From Acanthaster planci (Eukaryota): a DNA stretch of 64,000 nt. Below, one piece after another: positions 13,342 to 27,868 of this stretch. The first letter of the stretch is position 1; each line of letters begins with the position of its first letter. The notes beneath the pieces were generated by a model. That model did not search any database and was not told where the DNA came from. It saw only the letters and a program-made list of their open reading frames with translations. The position numbers and the translations under genes are program-made. The DNA lies in contig NW_019091361.1 in the NCBI RefSeq assembly GCF_001949145.1, positions 1,776,866 through 1,840,865 of the forward strand, in the 5' to 3' direction.

Positions 13342-16300
13342 ACTTTGACTGGTATCATCTTTTCTATCTCTCAGCCTGAGTAAATACAGAGGTGCAGGTG
13401 ACCTGAGATTATGAACTTGACTAATGATGTGTTGGGGGTCGTTATTTGCTCGGCATTCTTGATATTCCCATTCTCAATTCCAGTACACTGTATGTGTTTG
13501 TCTTGTTACAAAATTTTTGTGCCAAAGAATGTGCCTAATTCTCTAATTCTCAATTCTCTCCTGCAGTGAAAATGCTGCAAGTCTTGGCTTACAGTACCTG
13601 TATCTTGGTAGGGTCCCATGGAGAGTCTTTGAAGAATGGGGCCTCCTGTCATCACAGGTCAATTAAGTTGAGCTCATGTGCCAAGTTCCCATAGAGGAAA
13701 CTGATTCAGCCCCAGGAGCTCAGCCAGCTTGGGCCTGTTGACATCAGCACGGAGAGAGGGAACAGTAACTTTTTTCAGTGGTTTAATTGTGGGTTAATTA
13801 AAAGCATGGCCTCAGTTTTTGTGGACACTCTGTGTACCTGGAAGAAGTCTGTACTTGTACATGTACCTTTTTCTGTCACATCTCACTGTGCCTTTTCTCA
13901 TTCCTTTCTCTGTTTGGAAAGAATTATTTACAAATCAACATGAGAATAATTCTGAGTTTTAGGTTTGAGAGCATTGCCTGCAGGAACAAAAGTTCAAAAA
14001 TTCTTCGGCCAATCAGTTAACTTATAGGACTAAAGGCAACAGTACTGCAGTACTAGAAGGGTTGAAAGCTGTTTAATATATTTCCCCCAGCACGTTTGCA
14101 GTTTTGTCAACCTTGCAAACCTTTTTTTCTGATTGAAATGAACATACAAACGTGCATGTCATAAGACTTCTTAAACTAGTACCAGTATATACGGTACAAC
14201 TAGAATTTTTTCTCTTGAAGTATCTCTTTATAACTCCTTGTGCAAATACAGGGTTAAGATATGTCACAAGATCTAACAGTAGAGTCCATCAAAAGTCACA
14301 TCGCAACAAAATAGAGTACCAGAACTTCTACCCCAAGCCATGTTTTTTTTAGGTTACAGCCATCACCTCACTGCATTCCATGGGCTGCTTGCTGTGGGCA
14401 CATCACCATCGGCTGTTTACTCACATGTCTTGAGATGACATTTTATTTTCAAATCATCAAACCTGACTCTTGCCACCATTCTATGGTCTATCGCTTGACA
14501 GTCTTAAGAGTGATGTCTGAAGGACAAGTGTTATCTTGACTGCTTGCCAAGAATATATGAGGAAGGAGAGCTTGGCAAAGGATGAGTGGGCAGCCAGGGT
14601 AGGGTAACAAGAAAAGCATCCTGAATCTCACATAGGTTCGGCTGTTTGATTTTCTTCTTCAACAAACAGCTGAGGGCATCATCTGCCCTGACATTGTTCT
14701 GTGCTTTACTTCTAGCTTCATTCTGGAAGGGGAGAGATAGAAAATGGTAGGGAAAACATTTTGGATATTTTGATCGTAGATAGGCAAGTCACTGTTTGCA
14801 TACAGTGTTTTGTCCACGTGGCTGTTAATGAAACTGCATTTTGTCCTTGTTCCACTTTTGATCTGCTGATAGTCAAATGCCAAGGTTTCTCTCAAAGCAC
14901 ATCATAGTTGGGGGGAGAGACTAAGGAAAGTATCTTAGTGATACTGCATGGGTGCCAGCAAGTCTGCATCTGCATGCAATATCTCCAATCCTTCCTCTGC
15001 ATGTGCAAGCATGCAACCGTGCAAAGACATCTTTCCCATCAACTTCAAGCAATGTTTGTTCTGGGTCACCAACCTCCTTTGGACCCACTTTTTTCTGAAT
15101 CCCTCATCAGCCCTGTGTATGTTTATTCACGTGGCCAGCTAAAGGTGTGGGTTTGGCCCTCAGTGGTTCAGTCCTCTCTAGTTTCAACCCCAAGAGCCCA
15201 ACTTTCTGGTAAATTTTATCCCAAGCCCGTAGAGGTTTGACTGTAGAGGTAGAGTACACATTGTTCGGCGGAAAGTTTTGTGGCATCTGTACAAGAAAGG
15301 CTTAACTGTTGTTCTCTAGCGAAGTTGTATTCCCCCCCCAAAAAAAGCCCCTTATATCCATTGGTGCCACCAAGAAAGGGCAAAGCACTCGGCAGCAGCA
15401 AACTGACAAACCAACAGACAACAGATAGAAGAGGAATGCTTTATTTATTTAAAGAATATAGTACTTGTAGTTTTCAGCGAATTGGAATTTAATCCTGGAC
15501 TGAAAATGTCAGAGAACTAAGTAGTAAACATACCTGGGTTGTTGACAATAAGACAAGTGCCCCATGACAACAAAGATTTACCTCCCATTTTACCACACAA
15601 AGAAATGTGGCCTAATACACTATAGGCTACATCAGTGAGAAACAAATCTTGGCCATTAAGGTGTAGGTAAAATTCAGTTTCTGCCTGGATCATATATGAA
15701 TTGCGAGATATTGTCTTTATGCAAGATGATGGCCCAGTCTTTGTCGTAATGCATGGGACACATCACATAATTGCTAAATTTACATGAAATTTAGTTTAGT
15801 TACCCCGAAAGTGTTATTTCACCATGAAAAACATGTTACTGTTTTTTCACTTTGTTTTTCCCCCATTTGAAGCAAACTCCTAGAATGGTGCTGTCAAGTC
15901 TGTCAAGTTTTAGATGCTGAGCCTCTCCTCTGGGACAACTAAATACTTCCATACTTTTACGAAATGTGTATATCATTGAATGATAATAATGGTTATGATG
16001 AATGTATTTTCAAATTAGATGAATTACCTTTTTTCTTGAAGACTTTGCATAAAGGCTTTCCTGCCGACAGATCCAAACTCAAGACCAATTTTCCCTGCAT
16101 TTTGTTCAGTTCAAAATTACCTATCTGTACCCTCAACAGATTATGCCTAAGTTACCTCTTCACCAGTACATCTAATGGCACAGCATCATTTTTTCCTTTT
16201 CTACCTCGGACCCCCATCAATTCAATATATCCCTGCACTGAAATAAGACACTGCCAACAAATTGACTGTCAATTAGCCTAGAGTTTTCCAGCTTTTTTCT

Positions 16301-19178
16301 CCACTTATAAAATCTCATAAAATGGAAACCTTAGCCTTTCGAACTGATCAGAAATTGTAGTTTAAACAGCCTTCCCTTTCTCATCCTGCAGTATCGAATT
16401 TCGGATGAAGTTTCAGTCGGACCAAATACAGAGTGTAGTGGACAATTTATCATTGCTTACTCTTGTGTGCATGTACACTACACATTATACAATTCCTTTT
16501 TGCATGCCTTTTTTCATAAATTCAATTCTGTTTTCCTTTCCAATATCTATGAACAAGAATTCCTCTAATTACTTAGCATGAATGCTGAACTTTACAATTT
16601 GCTGGCAGACTCAAATAGAATGTCTCCCCTTGAAAGAAAGCTGAATGCCTTCTAAGTAAAGAGAAAACAGAACTAAACATTTCCATTTTGGCAAGTGCCA
16701 ATTTCATGGTTGCTTCAAGTTTACCATTAGCTGATTTGAAACTTATTGAGTAGATGGCAGTGATGGCTGCAATTACTGACAGGTATAAGATTGGACAACA
16801 ATATGTGTTTTGTGCATGTGTGTGGAGAAATCTTATCCCTGGATATTTTGTCTGTAAATCTCTCATGGCCTTCATGATTTCCCTCCTCCAACTCTTACTC
16901 TCAGCACTTCATATTAAACCTCTATGTCAACAGTAATCACAACGATTGTCCAAACAACCCCCAGTTCCCTGACAGCCTTAACACCTGCCTCCCCCTCGAA
17001 GAAGACTAGAGGAAAAAAATTCCCACATCTTCCCCGTTTCTTCCTTTTCCCCTGTCAACGGCAGAATATAATTGGTGGAAGTAAAATCCAAATGAGTGTG
17101 TCACATACGGTTCAAGAATTGCTGCAAGGCAAAGCAGCTGAAATGCAGGCCAGGAATTTTAGTTTTTGAGGAAAAAGAGGGGGAAGGGGGAGGACTGTAG
17201 GATGGGCAGCTTAAATGCGGTCTTTCCAACTCTCAAATTCAGCTTGACGTATGCAGTTAAAGGATTGTCAGTTTTTCTGGGCCAGGAGGGAATGCTCTGA
17301 CATACCAGCGAGTTTTGTCCAAGTGGGTATTTGTTCGTATCAATTTGAAAGTAAACTTCTCTCAAGCTATTAAATGCTTTTGACAGATTCCAACTCCGTA
17401 TGTGTACATACACGTAACGTGTAAGTTTTCTCGGCAAGTTGCATCCCTTCTGTAAGACTGCCATAAGTGCCGCCTTTTGAGACATCAGATTTCCCATTCC
17501 ATTTTTAATTAATTTTCTGATAAAACAAGGTTTTAAATGAATCTGAGAACTGTACTCTTGATTTGTTTTCAAAAAAATCTGTGCATGGTACTAGCATTTG
17601 CTTACATGTTCTGATACATGTATGTATGGCTTTGCCGTCAATGTTTTGTTCCCTCTCAACAATGGCTACCAATCACATCAAATAATTAAGGCAGAGCCTT
17701 GCATGTACAGTATTTTGTCACCCTATTTTTAGTTGGTGCACATTTCATTTAACTACCGTAGGCTTTTCACATGTACAGCATACCAAAGTACAGGTACAAA
17801 CATCCAGTGAACATACGTTGGATGTCAGCTGCCATGTAGTATATTGGAATTTATCCACTTAAAGAAGTAACGTAAGTCACTGCATGTCATACTGCCCTCT
17901 TCTGTTCAGCTTGTTGAGGAATTTGTTTCTTAAAGCTGACATAGTTTACACTCACACCTTCTTGTTCTTTTGTGCTGTGTGTACAATGTACAAAGCCGCA
18001 TTCTCCCTGAAGGTATCTTTGACTCTCTTTCAGCAAAAGATCATTAGTTCCATTTCCAATTCAATCATTTGTTGTTCAATCAGAGGAAGAAAACCTCGGA
18101 TTTTCCTTTTCACAGGGGCCCAGTTTTCCCCTGCCAGAGACCGACTCTGGGTAAGCACCTGCCTCTGAGTATCTGGAGGGGTTTGTTGCTCAGTCAGGTT
18201 TGCTTCCATCATGAACTGTCAGCCTTTTGATCTACTCATGAATATGCTGAAAAGCTTTTCAATGGGATCTGATAGGTCACAGTCCCTCCAGTTGGCGTAA
18301 ATGAATGCGTATTTTTGGTCTTGTTTTTACACCCCCACCCCCCAAAGAACCTGCATTTGACTCTCTAATACCATACATCCACTGTGCAGTCTTAAGTTTT
18401 GTCAAATTTAACTTTTATTTCTTCAAGTTCAAACAAAACATACAAAGACCTATGTGAGGATAAGTTAGATGGGGGTTGCTGAAATAATTGTACATGTAAA
18501 CAGAGGTAAATATTTTATTGCATGTTCACACTGAGAGGAGGTCATGCATACAAATCAACATTAATCTACGGCAGCACTTGGTTTGCATTTTATCTGAACT
18601 ATTTGCAATTTCTTGTACCAGTAAATGAAGTGCAGTAAAAACAAACTCATATCAAGTTTGTCCATGACGAATGTGTCGTAGGTTTGTTGTGTCTTAAAGT
18701 CCACACCTGGTTATCATTAATTAAGGCAGAGCAAGAGTGTGACACTATTGTATCTTAGGTCCATTGCTCCTCATGTTAATCAAATTCCTCCCTTTGGGAG
18801 GAGGCTTGGTAGGGACTCTTTCTTCCCATCCCCGCTTCGAGACACTGCATTGCTGCCCTCTTCTTTACAAAGTGTGATCAGTCTCTAAGGCCCACCAGTG
18901 TCTCATAATGCTTTCCCTCTGAAGGTAACACTTCCTGGCAGATTATCTCCTATCTTTTTGTCCTCCTCCTCACACCGTTAATAAAGGAGAAGATTGCTTC
19001 TCATGCACTTGTGTCAAGTGATCCAAACACTCACAAGCGTCTCTATTCACGTCAGTTACGTAACCTCTTTTTCACCACTTGAAGAGGACAGTTTGTTGGC
19101 GAATTCTGTTGTTGTCTTCTCTTTCATTGGGCCTGGAAGCTGTATGCCCTCCAATCAAGCTGAGGTGATTAGAAGTGT

Positions 19179-19549
19179 TTGCCACCCAGACAAAGGTGTG
19201 GGTGGCAGGCATTGTCCACTGGGGTGCTGAAGGGAGGAGGCTTTGGGAAAGCGGAATTGTCTAATCCTACCTTCAAATGGTCAGTGTGTGCAGGTGTTCA
19301 AGTGGAAGCAGGGGTCAGTTCCTTACTGACTTCAAGTGGTTGGTCAGAACTGCAGTCAGTTCATCATACAGCATTGGGCTGGATTTCAAGTTGCCCAAAT
19401 TGGATTTATTCAGATTTAAAACATGTATATTGTAGCTTCAGGCAGTATTGTCTGAAGTTAGGATTAGACAATTCCGCTTTCCCAAAGCCTCCTCCCTTCA
19501 GGACCCCAGTAGACAATGCCTGCCACCCTCACCTTTGTCTGGATGGTAA
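19179..19549. repeat. Long inverted repeat with arms of about 97 bp (19179-19275 and 19453-19549)
   Basis: Arms align without gaps with about 6 substitutions, including the exact core CTGAAGGGAGGAGGCTTTGGGAAAGCGGAATTGTCTAATCCTA. No clear TSD. Confidence 0.95.
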
Positions 19550-22500
19550 CATTGTTTATTGTCTCTTTTGTGTTAATTTTTATCTAGATTAATTGCGGTC
19601 ATAAAGTGTGGGCAGCTTCATGGTAACAGTGCTAAAAAAATATTGTGTTTTTGGTTAATCATACATTGGGAGAGGGCAGAAAAGTTGCCCAAAGATACAT
19701 GTATTTGTAACTTGCCCTTCAAATAAATTTGGTTCATGGTTGTGTCCACATTTATGTACACTAATAGACTGTGCCTCACCTGTGTGTTCCAATCAAATTC
19801 AAATTGAAGCCAGGTTTGTTGATCGAAGGTCTTTAATAAGTCTGTGTTCTTCATGTACACACACACACAAAACAGTGCAATTATTATTCCTGCCTGACAA
19901 AAACTGCCAAGTATATAGACCAAAAAACTTACCAGAGCAGCAAACTCCACTAGAATTCTCACTATCTTACTATCTATAGATTGTGTTTTATTTCATTGAT
20001 GCAAGTCAAGGCATATTCATTTGTTTGGAGGAGATACATATGCACATTGTTTGATGTGCAAGTAATTAGTGTTTGGGGTGTATAGTGTATTAGAAAACAC
20101 ACAGCCAAGCCTTTTGAATTCATCAAGTCTCAATATTGTTATTGGGGGAGGTCTAGAAATTGCCTGTTTATTTTTGTAGCCTTCCCCCCCCTACAGGGGC
20201 AGTGTCCCTGTTCCAGTTTCATGCCTCACCTTCCGGCAAATAATTCTGGAGAAATACCTCTTTTGTTCCCTGTCCGGCTGCTCCACTCCTGGCAGCATCC
20301 ACTGGTCAGAGGGGATTATTCTGGGCCCAACTTGCCACCTTTTTCCTTTGTCCTGGTTTAAAGACTTTTACCCCTTCCTCCTTGATGCTTTGTCTGAGTG
20401 TTTGGAGACCCCAGCTATGCTGGGTGATTGCCTGTCACAGCAGATCACCTTTATAGTCCACTTGAGACGTATCAATTATGTGCTTTTTAGGGGTTTTTTC
20501 TAAGTGGAACATTGATGTTAAGCAGTTTGCTGCAGGGATCAGTGGTCTTATTTGGGAACTGGGATAACTTGGGCCTTCCTGCTCTTTGGAGGTAGTGCAC
20601 TGTTCCATCAAGTTACTGTGTATTTATTCCGCTTTCTATTTGGCATTGGCTTTCAAGTAAAGTCTCTTTTGTCAATTCCATGATGGCTGATTTCATTTGA
20701 TGCAGTATCTCAACAAAACAGAAGGGCATCCTTCTCAATCTTCTTAAGCCCTCTTCTTTATGCTGCTGAACAAAATGTTCTTGCACTATGGATGCACAAT
20801 ATTTGTAGTCACAAAACGCAGTCACTTATAAATATGTCCTCTCAAAGAATTGTTCTCAAATCCAGCAGTCAATAAGTTTTAAAGTTCGTAAGATACATTG
20901 CCAAAGATGACCCTTTTGGAGGTGTGAACTCATTTATCTCTTTCTTCTTCAGCTACCAAATACCGTACATGCATGGAGTAAACCCACCATGTCACTTAGT
21001 CCATTTAACATCAGCCTGGTTTGTCAAGTCATTGCTTTGGGATCTTTGCAGTAGCATGAAATTTCTAGTATTCTGATCATCAGTGAAGTAGACATATTCC
21101 ACGTGTTCAAATAATAATTGTTTTCATTGTTTACTATTACTTTGTGTAGAAACAGTCAGAAAACTTCTGGGTTCTCTACCTCCTTCAAGTGTGAATCAAA
21201 TCAACTTAATATCAGTGACATGTACCTGCCTGAAACTTCAACTCCACATAGTCTGATGCTGTAAAACTTTATGCAGGAAGATTGAAAACAAGTGAGATAT
21301 GATGCAAGGCCTAGAATCTTGATGTTAAATTTAAAGCTGTTGCCGGCTGTTGGCCATTTAATTGAGCATGAAATCCATCCTCACCGGCCACACCTAAAGT
21401 GGTAATCCCGTCAATTGTGAAACAGACGAACAAAAAAAAAGAGGCATTTAATTTTTTTTCCCCAAAAAGGGACACTGATGAGAACATGTCCGATGACTAA
21501 TTCTCATGGTCAACAACCCCGCACCAAAGTGAACCGCCTCTGTCAGTTCAGATGCAAATTCTAGGCCGAGTCGGGCCTTTCTTTATTTCTCGGTTCTCGT
21601 GTTTGCCCAGGGACCGAGATTGCAAACAATAGCCACCGACTCATTTGTATGCGTACTCACTGTCTGCAGTCTTGAGCAGGGGCTTTCGTGAGAAAGGAGA
21701 GTGAAGCATTGTGGGGTCTGAGTGGTGTCTGAAAAGGAACTGACCATATTTTCCAAGGGAGGGAAGGGAGGGGGGGCTAGGAAGAAAAAATGAGTGAGAA
21801 CTTCGTGGGTGGACTGGAGAGTGTATTTGACAGAGTGAAGAGCACCGATGGTTTAATATTCCGGTTTCTTGATTTGGAATTTTTTTGTGCATACAAACAG
21901 TGGAAAGGTTGATTGACACTGTATTTATTGGCTTTTACCAAATTGCATGTCAAGGGATGTGGGTGGCTTGCGGTCTGCACTAAGCTGTGAAAATGTGTTA
22001 AAAGAATGCGGCATTTGATTTCCACTGGGCCACAACCTTCGGATTCATACTTACTGTATAAGTAAATACTGGTTTATACCACATTTCATTGGAAAAAGAC
22101 CACATTACATCCACTCACCTGAAAAAGACTTCACAACATTGCTCCCTACAACTCACAGTTACCCAAAATAGGACGAAAGTGTTCTGTGCTAGGTGAGCAG
22201 CAATGTTTTATATTGGGTATCTTGAGCATGTTCATGTACATGTACGCATATGTTAACATGCTTGGCATTCATCTACAAGTATAAAATATTTTAGACAATG
22301 TAGGCCTACAGGTTATGAAATTAGTAAAGAACTCTGTGTGTTTAACACTTCTCTTAAACGGTGGCCAAAGTGCATCTACATTGTTAAACTACAAGGGATC
22401 GAAACCAATTTGGTATTAAGTGGTCAATTGTCAGCATAACAAATGGGTGTTATGAGTAGAAGTAATCTGTTGATCTAAACAATTATTGTAATTGAGCCGT

Positions 22501-25500
22501 AATTGGTTGATCAGTCTAGGGAAGTACTGATGGTGGCACGCAGTGATGACCTGCTATGCTAGATTCTGTGGCCTTGACAGTCAGTCATTTGCTAAACCTT
22601 TTTTTCTTTTTTTAACATTTCAATCCCTTCAAAACGGTAATTTAGAGAAGTTATATAAAGTGCAAATATTGACACGGTGATAATAGTTTAATAATCCAAG
22701 TAACAATACTGAGAAGCAAGTGAAGCAAGCGCTTTTGTACTCAGCCAGCCTGTTGGACATTTAATAGACTTGCCAACAAAACATTGACAAACAAGCAGGA
22801 GTTTCATAAAACTATTGTTGTACGTAAATAATGTGTAAAAGTCCGTTTTGGTTTTTTTTATAACTACAGATAGAGTTCAGGAGTTGGTTAATTGGAATGT
22901 CGGGCAGCTCATTCTTGTATCAGCATGCTCGGCCTGCCCAAGAGCCTGCTGCCTGTTCTGTTAATTACTCTGAACATCTATCTTAATAGCAAGTTAAGCA
23001 GGTGTCAGCCCCTCTGCAAGTGGATTTGAACTGTCAGACAGAGTTAATATTTTCCTCTGTTCTTATTGATGCTCTCAGGGAGTCATGAATTTGAACTGTT
23101 TCATTTTTCCCTTGGCTGTGCTCAAGAGATGTATCCTCCCACACATTGTTCACTGTGTATAGTGGTCAGTTTGAGGGCTTCTTTTAACACTTTTTTTTCA
23201 CATATAAGCCCATAATCTTTGTGTCCCAACCATCTCTACATTTACATGTCCCTGTCTACAGAACCCATTTCCAGGGAAGCTACAAGTACACGTAGGGTCT
23301 ACTCATGCTCCTAGAGTTCTGCGAACTTTTTTTTATCAGTGCCAGGTCTCTTCTTTGCATGGAAACCGCTGACAACAGCTGTTAATCTGCAAAGGTTAAA
23401 ACAACGCACCTGAAAGTACAGTGGCACTGGAGAGCTTAATGGGCTGCTTTAGTGGAGTTCCTGGCTGCAGCAATTTTGGCCTAGATCTTGGAGGACTCAC
23501 TGTTAGCTGAATCAACAAGGCATTCCTGTATTTTAGGAAATTAGTGCAAAGTTCCTGCATTAAGGAAATTAGTGTGAAGTTCTTCCTGTCACAGTCTAGA
23601 GGACACGGTTTTATTGACCCACATTTGGTGTAGAAGAAAAAAGTTCTGTCCATACTTTTTTTTCTGATTGGCACTCAGCATTCTTCTAAAGTTGTACACA
23701 CCACTCCTTATCAATCCATCTGCCTTATGGTGTCCAACCTCACAGTCTGAAAGTTTGCATGTCCTCTGCATGCATGCTCCTGTGAGCTTACCACAATTTC
23801 TGCTCTCTAGTGGACCAGGTACTGTTGCCCTTGAATGTGAGTTCAGCCCAAACAGTATTCCCTGTCCAGTAATGGAATGGAAGCCGCTTATTAGGTGTCA
23901 CCATAATATTAGGTGAATCTGTAGACCCGGCTATTAGTCTCAGTCCATTTACAGGCATTGACAAGGCACTGATTTATGAACACATATCACTAACCTCTCA
24001 CACGATCGGTTTGTTGGTTTTGGTGTCCCGCCACCCCTGGGTGTCTCTCCTTCCTCTCTCTCTCTTTCCTTTTTCTTTCTGTTGCCCGAAGGTCACCAAA
24101 TATTAGGGTGCCAGGACTGCAACATATGGTCATCTGTAATGACTGTTATTAACAAAGTAGTTCACGCCTTGGAGTTTGAAGAGATGGGAGGGGGTGTCTA
24201 CAAGCAAGGACAGTGTGAAGGCAAGAGAAAGACTGCTGAAATAAATTAGAATTGTCTGGGTTTATTCAAATCAGAATTGCACAGAGTTGGAGTAATTATT
24301 CTGAGTCAAAACATCTCCATGCCCTGTGCATCTCTACTGATGCATGTGTAGAAGTTACATGTAAGCCTGCCTGTAGTTCTCTTAAATCCCACAAGGCGCA
24401 GCATCATTTGTCTGCTCCCATTTTAGGTGTTCATTGTATAGACTTTGTAATGTACATGTACTTCAAAGACTACTAGTAGCTTCCCTGAAAAAATTATATA
24501 TTTGAAGGTTACTCCTTGCGAAAGTGTTTCAGAACTTGATGCTATAGGGATTAGTGCCTCAATACTGGTCATCACACTTTCTGAAATAAACTGAAGGGAA
24601 TTGTCTGATTTTGGAATGTCGTCCACAGTTTCTTTGTTTCTTTCCAGATACTACTGTTTGGCAAAGCAAGTTATAGCCCCTGTCAAAATTGATTACATTC
24701 CCAAAACTTCCCACTTGTCTTAGCACATTCGTTTGGTTGCATTGTTGACCAGAGCATTCCCATTAGCATGTACATGTGTATTTATTGCACAGCATGGTAG
24801 GAACTTGCTTCAGTTTGAATTTGAACTAGGCAAAATGCAAATAAACAAAACTTCAGTGTTGTATGTGGTGTAGACACCACCTTACCTTTGAAAAATAAAG
24901 GGGGGGGAGAAAGAAAAGAAAATTAAATAAAATGATTGGACTGTTAACTTTCTTGACAGACTGCCCTGCCATCTGCAAGTCAAACAATCCGCCAGTATGA
25001 AGTGTGTGTTTTTCCCCAACAGAAGTCTTGACTGACCTTCCCAGTTTATTTACCCATGGCAGACAGTGCACCTCTTGGGGGAAAGAACATCATTTCTTAT
25101 TCGGTACTTTACTCAGGGCTTCCGTGGCAGTCGAAATCGAGTCAAACATTGGCCAAAATATGCAGTGTTTGTATAATGCAGTCTGGGAAGGAAATCTTAG
25201 GCATGTTTTTTGTGACTGTACCTCAAATAGTATTATTTTTGTATTTTGACAGTTGTGTAGTGCCTGTTGAGTCCTGTAATTCATTCTACTTTGTTAGTGA
25301 ATTGGGTGGAAATAGGATCTATGTGCCCGTAGAGATTCGACACTTAGATAAATAAAAGAGTAGTTGAAGGACATTGGAAGAGAATGCTACAGGTAGTACA
25401 TGACCACTTTTATGCATACAGATTTTTTTTTAATCGATGCAAAGAATGATTAACATCAACACAGCTTGTGTTGATTGGTTTCTTTATGAGTATTTCGAGA

Positions 25501-27538
25501 ATGGCTGTTGATGAGTGACTCCCATAGCTCTTTCTGTGCTTTGCCAGAAATGATGAGTGAAGGGGTCCTTCACATTAATTCTGAAGCACTTTGTGATTCA
25601 TAAAATAGTAAATAACCCCAGTAAAGAAATATTGGATAAATGCCACTATTTGAAAGCTAGATGTGGATGTGTGCACTTCGTCTCTTGACAAACATGACCT
25701 TACGTGCCTCCATCAGAATCTAGCCTTTCAAGACCCACATTTCTTGATGGCCCCACGTCAATAAAGACAAAAACGTGCACGTGCAAAGCCTGGCCAAATC
25801 TGGGCAACCGCAGAGACTGGCACGGCAGCTTGCCACTTTGGCCCTCTGTTCATCAAGAGCAGACCTGCCAACTGTCAATATTGGGACTTTTATCCAACTT
25901 GTATTTGCTATTGATTGGGCTTCCATTTCCTTCCTGGAGTGTGTAGTGCAGAACAGCAACCCCCCCCCTCTCCTCCCCCACCCCCTTGATAGATAGAGCG
26001 GACGGCAGTCATAGAGGCTATGTGATTTGTATTTGATTTAGGGCTGCATTATTGCCCCTGAATTGACTGCTGGGTATGCATTCAGCAATCTGACAGACCG
26101 CATGATAATACAGAGATGCCTGGCATTGGCACGTTATTTAGCACCTTGTGCGTGACAAACACGACAGACTGGCGGAGTGCTGTAATTGCCAAAGTGATGG
26201 TTCCTAGAACTAGGTCACTCAGCTGGACTGAAATAAATGTCTTCTTAACCATTAAAAAAATTTGCCTTGTAATTTGCCTTAATTCACCCTCCATAACCAA
26301 TTTATGAACAAAAACATTGTTATTGGCAATGTTGATTTGTAATTTTTAATTCCTTTTACGTTCCTCTCTACATGTAAAAAAGAACTTGTACATGTACATG
26401 TAGCAAGAAATTGCTGAATTTTTCTGAATTATAAGGTAGTAAATTGTTGGAAATAAAAAATAACACAGTATTTACATGCATTTTGGTGTGGTTCAACTGC
26501 AGATCTTTTATACAAATGTATGTATTGCATAGAGTTTGCATCGAGACTGCATGTGTTTCTCATTCACACAACAAACAACTTCTCTAAAGTTCAAACTGTT
26601 GTTTCTATAAAAGCTATATACTGTGCTTACAAATCAAAACATGGACAGTCGTTTGAAGCAGAATTTAATTAGTATTAATTCCAATGAAATCGTTAGTGGT
26701 TGGTAATATGTACAGTGTACTAGTATCCTGAAAGAAAGGCGATTGTTTAGCCAGGGATGTGTGTACACACGGCCTATTCAACTTTCTTTGCATATACATA
26801 CGAAAGTGAATTTTTTGTCAATACTTGTGGAATTAAATTTGTTACTAGTTAACTCGAAACTGACTTGTACGTTGTCAATACACACTGTTAATAACCCAAT
26901 TTTTATCTTTTCACACAATTTTTGATTGGCAGTGGAATGAAACATGTGTGCAAACAAATATCCGTGGGTCTCCGTAATGGCAAAGAAATATGTAATCTAT
27001 TACCATTCTCTTTCTTGGTGTCCCAGATTTTTCTTCAGTAACTGATAAATTGCTACCAGTGCACTTCGCAAAGGGAAAGGAGCTGTTGTGATAATCTAGG
27101 TTTGTTGCAAATTCTGTAAAGTTGAATGTTGTCACTGCCTTCGTAAAGGTAACGTCAGCGTAAGTCTTGAGTCCAGACTGAGAGCTGCATTGTAATTCAA
27201 GGTCATACATGTACATTGGCTGTTCTGTCTTTTAGCGCTCCTTTTGGAACAAGAATGTTCTATTCAAAAAGATTTCATTGCTTGAAAAGTTTGAGACATC
27301 ACTTTTCCAAAGTTTTTGGCCATTCATTTTCACCATGTGCAGGCCAGTCTTTCACAAAGGGCATTTGATTGCATAAAATCAATTAATAAAAGTAATTAAA
27401 TATAAATGTATCAATACATCAACTGACTAAAGAAGTAAGCAAATAATATATGCTGGCCTAAAACATAATTAAGTTGTCATATTCTTCCATAGTAAGATTT
27501 ACATGTTATTTAGGTCTGTTGCTGGAGAATGGTGTCAA

Positions 27539-27868
27539 CAGGGTATCCATGGTCCTGGAAAAGTTGCCCTGGAAAGTCATGGAAAATGGGGAGAAAAAAG
27601 GATGTTCTGGAATCTTATTGTCAGGAAAAATTCACAGGAAAAGTCAGGGAAATCAAAGTCATTCAAGGGTACTTTGGTGGGCTGGTGGCCGATTTTGATG
27701 TGGTAATGGAATGAAAGAGTTACAAACGTCGTCCTTGTAGGTTTATGGCAATCTTCCCATTCATAATACTAAACTTTTCTCTGCAAAATGGCATTAGATG
27801 TCGTGGATATTGTCATCCGAGTCCTGTAAAGTCATGAAGTTGATTTCCAGATTTCTGTGGAAACCCTG
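27539..27868. mobile_element. hAT-like MITE with GGAAAAGTCA(G/T)GGAA-like subterminal repeats
   Basis: TIR CAGGGTATCCA / TGGAAACCCTG, repeated GGAAAGTCATGGAA and GGAAAAGTCAGGGAA motifs, and flanks TGTCAA / TGTCGA (possible 6-bp TSD). Confidence 0.8.

Noticed and set aside
16246..16257. Match to the 5' end of vertebrate miR-34a (TGGCAGTGTCTTA) on the minus strand
   Set aside because: The 3' half does not match and there is no hairpin.
17159..17572. 137-aa ORF containing LSKAFNS, similar to the RT motif DLSKAFD
   Set aside because: Both Asp residues are absent and no other RT motifs are nearby.
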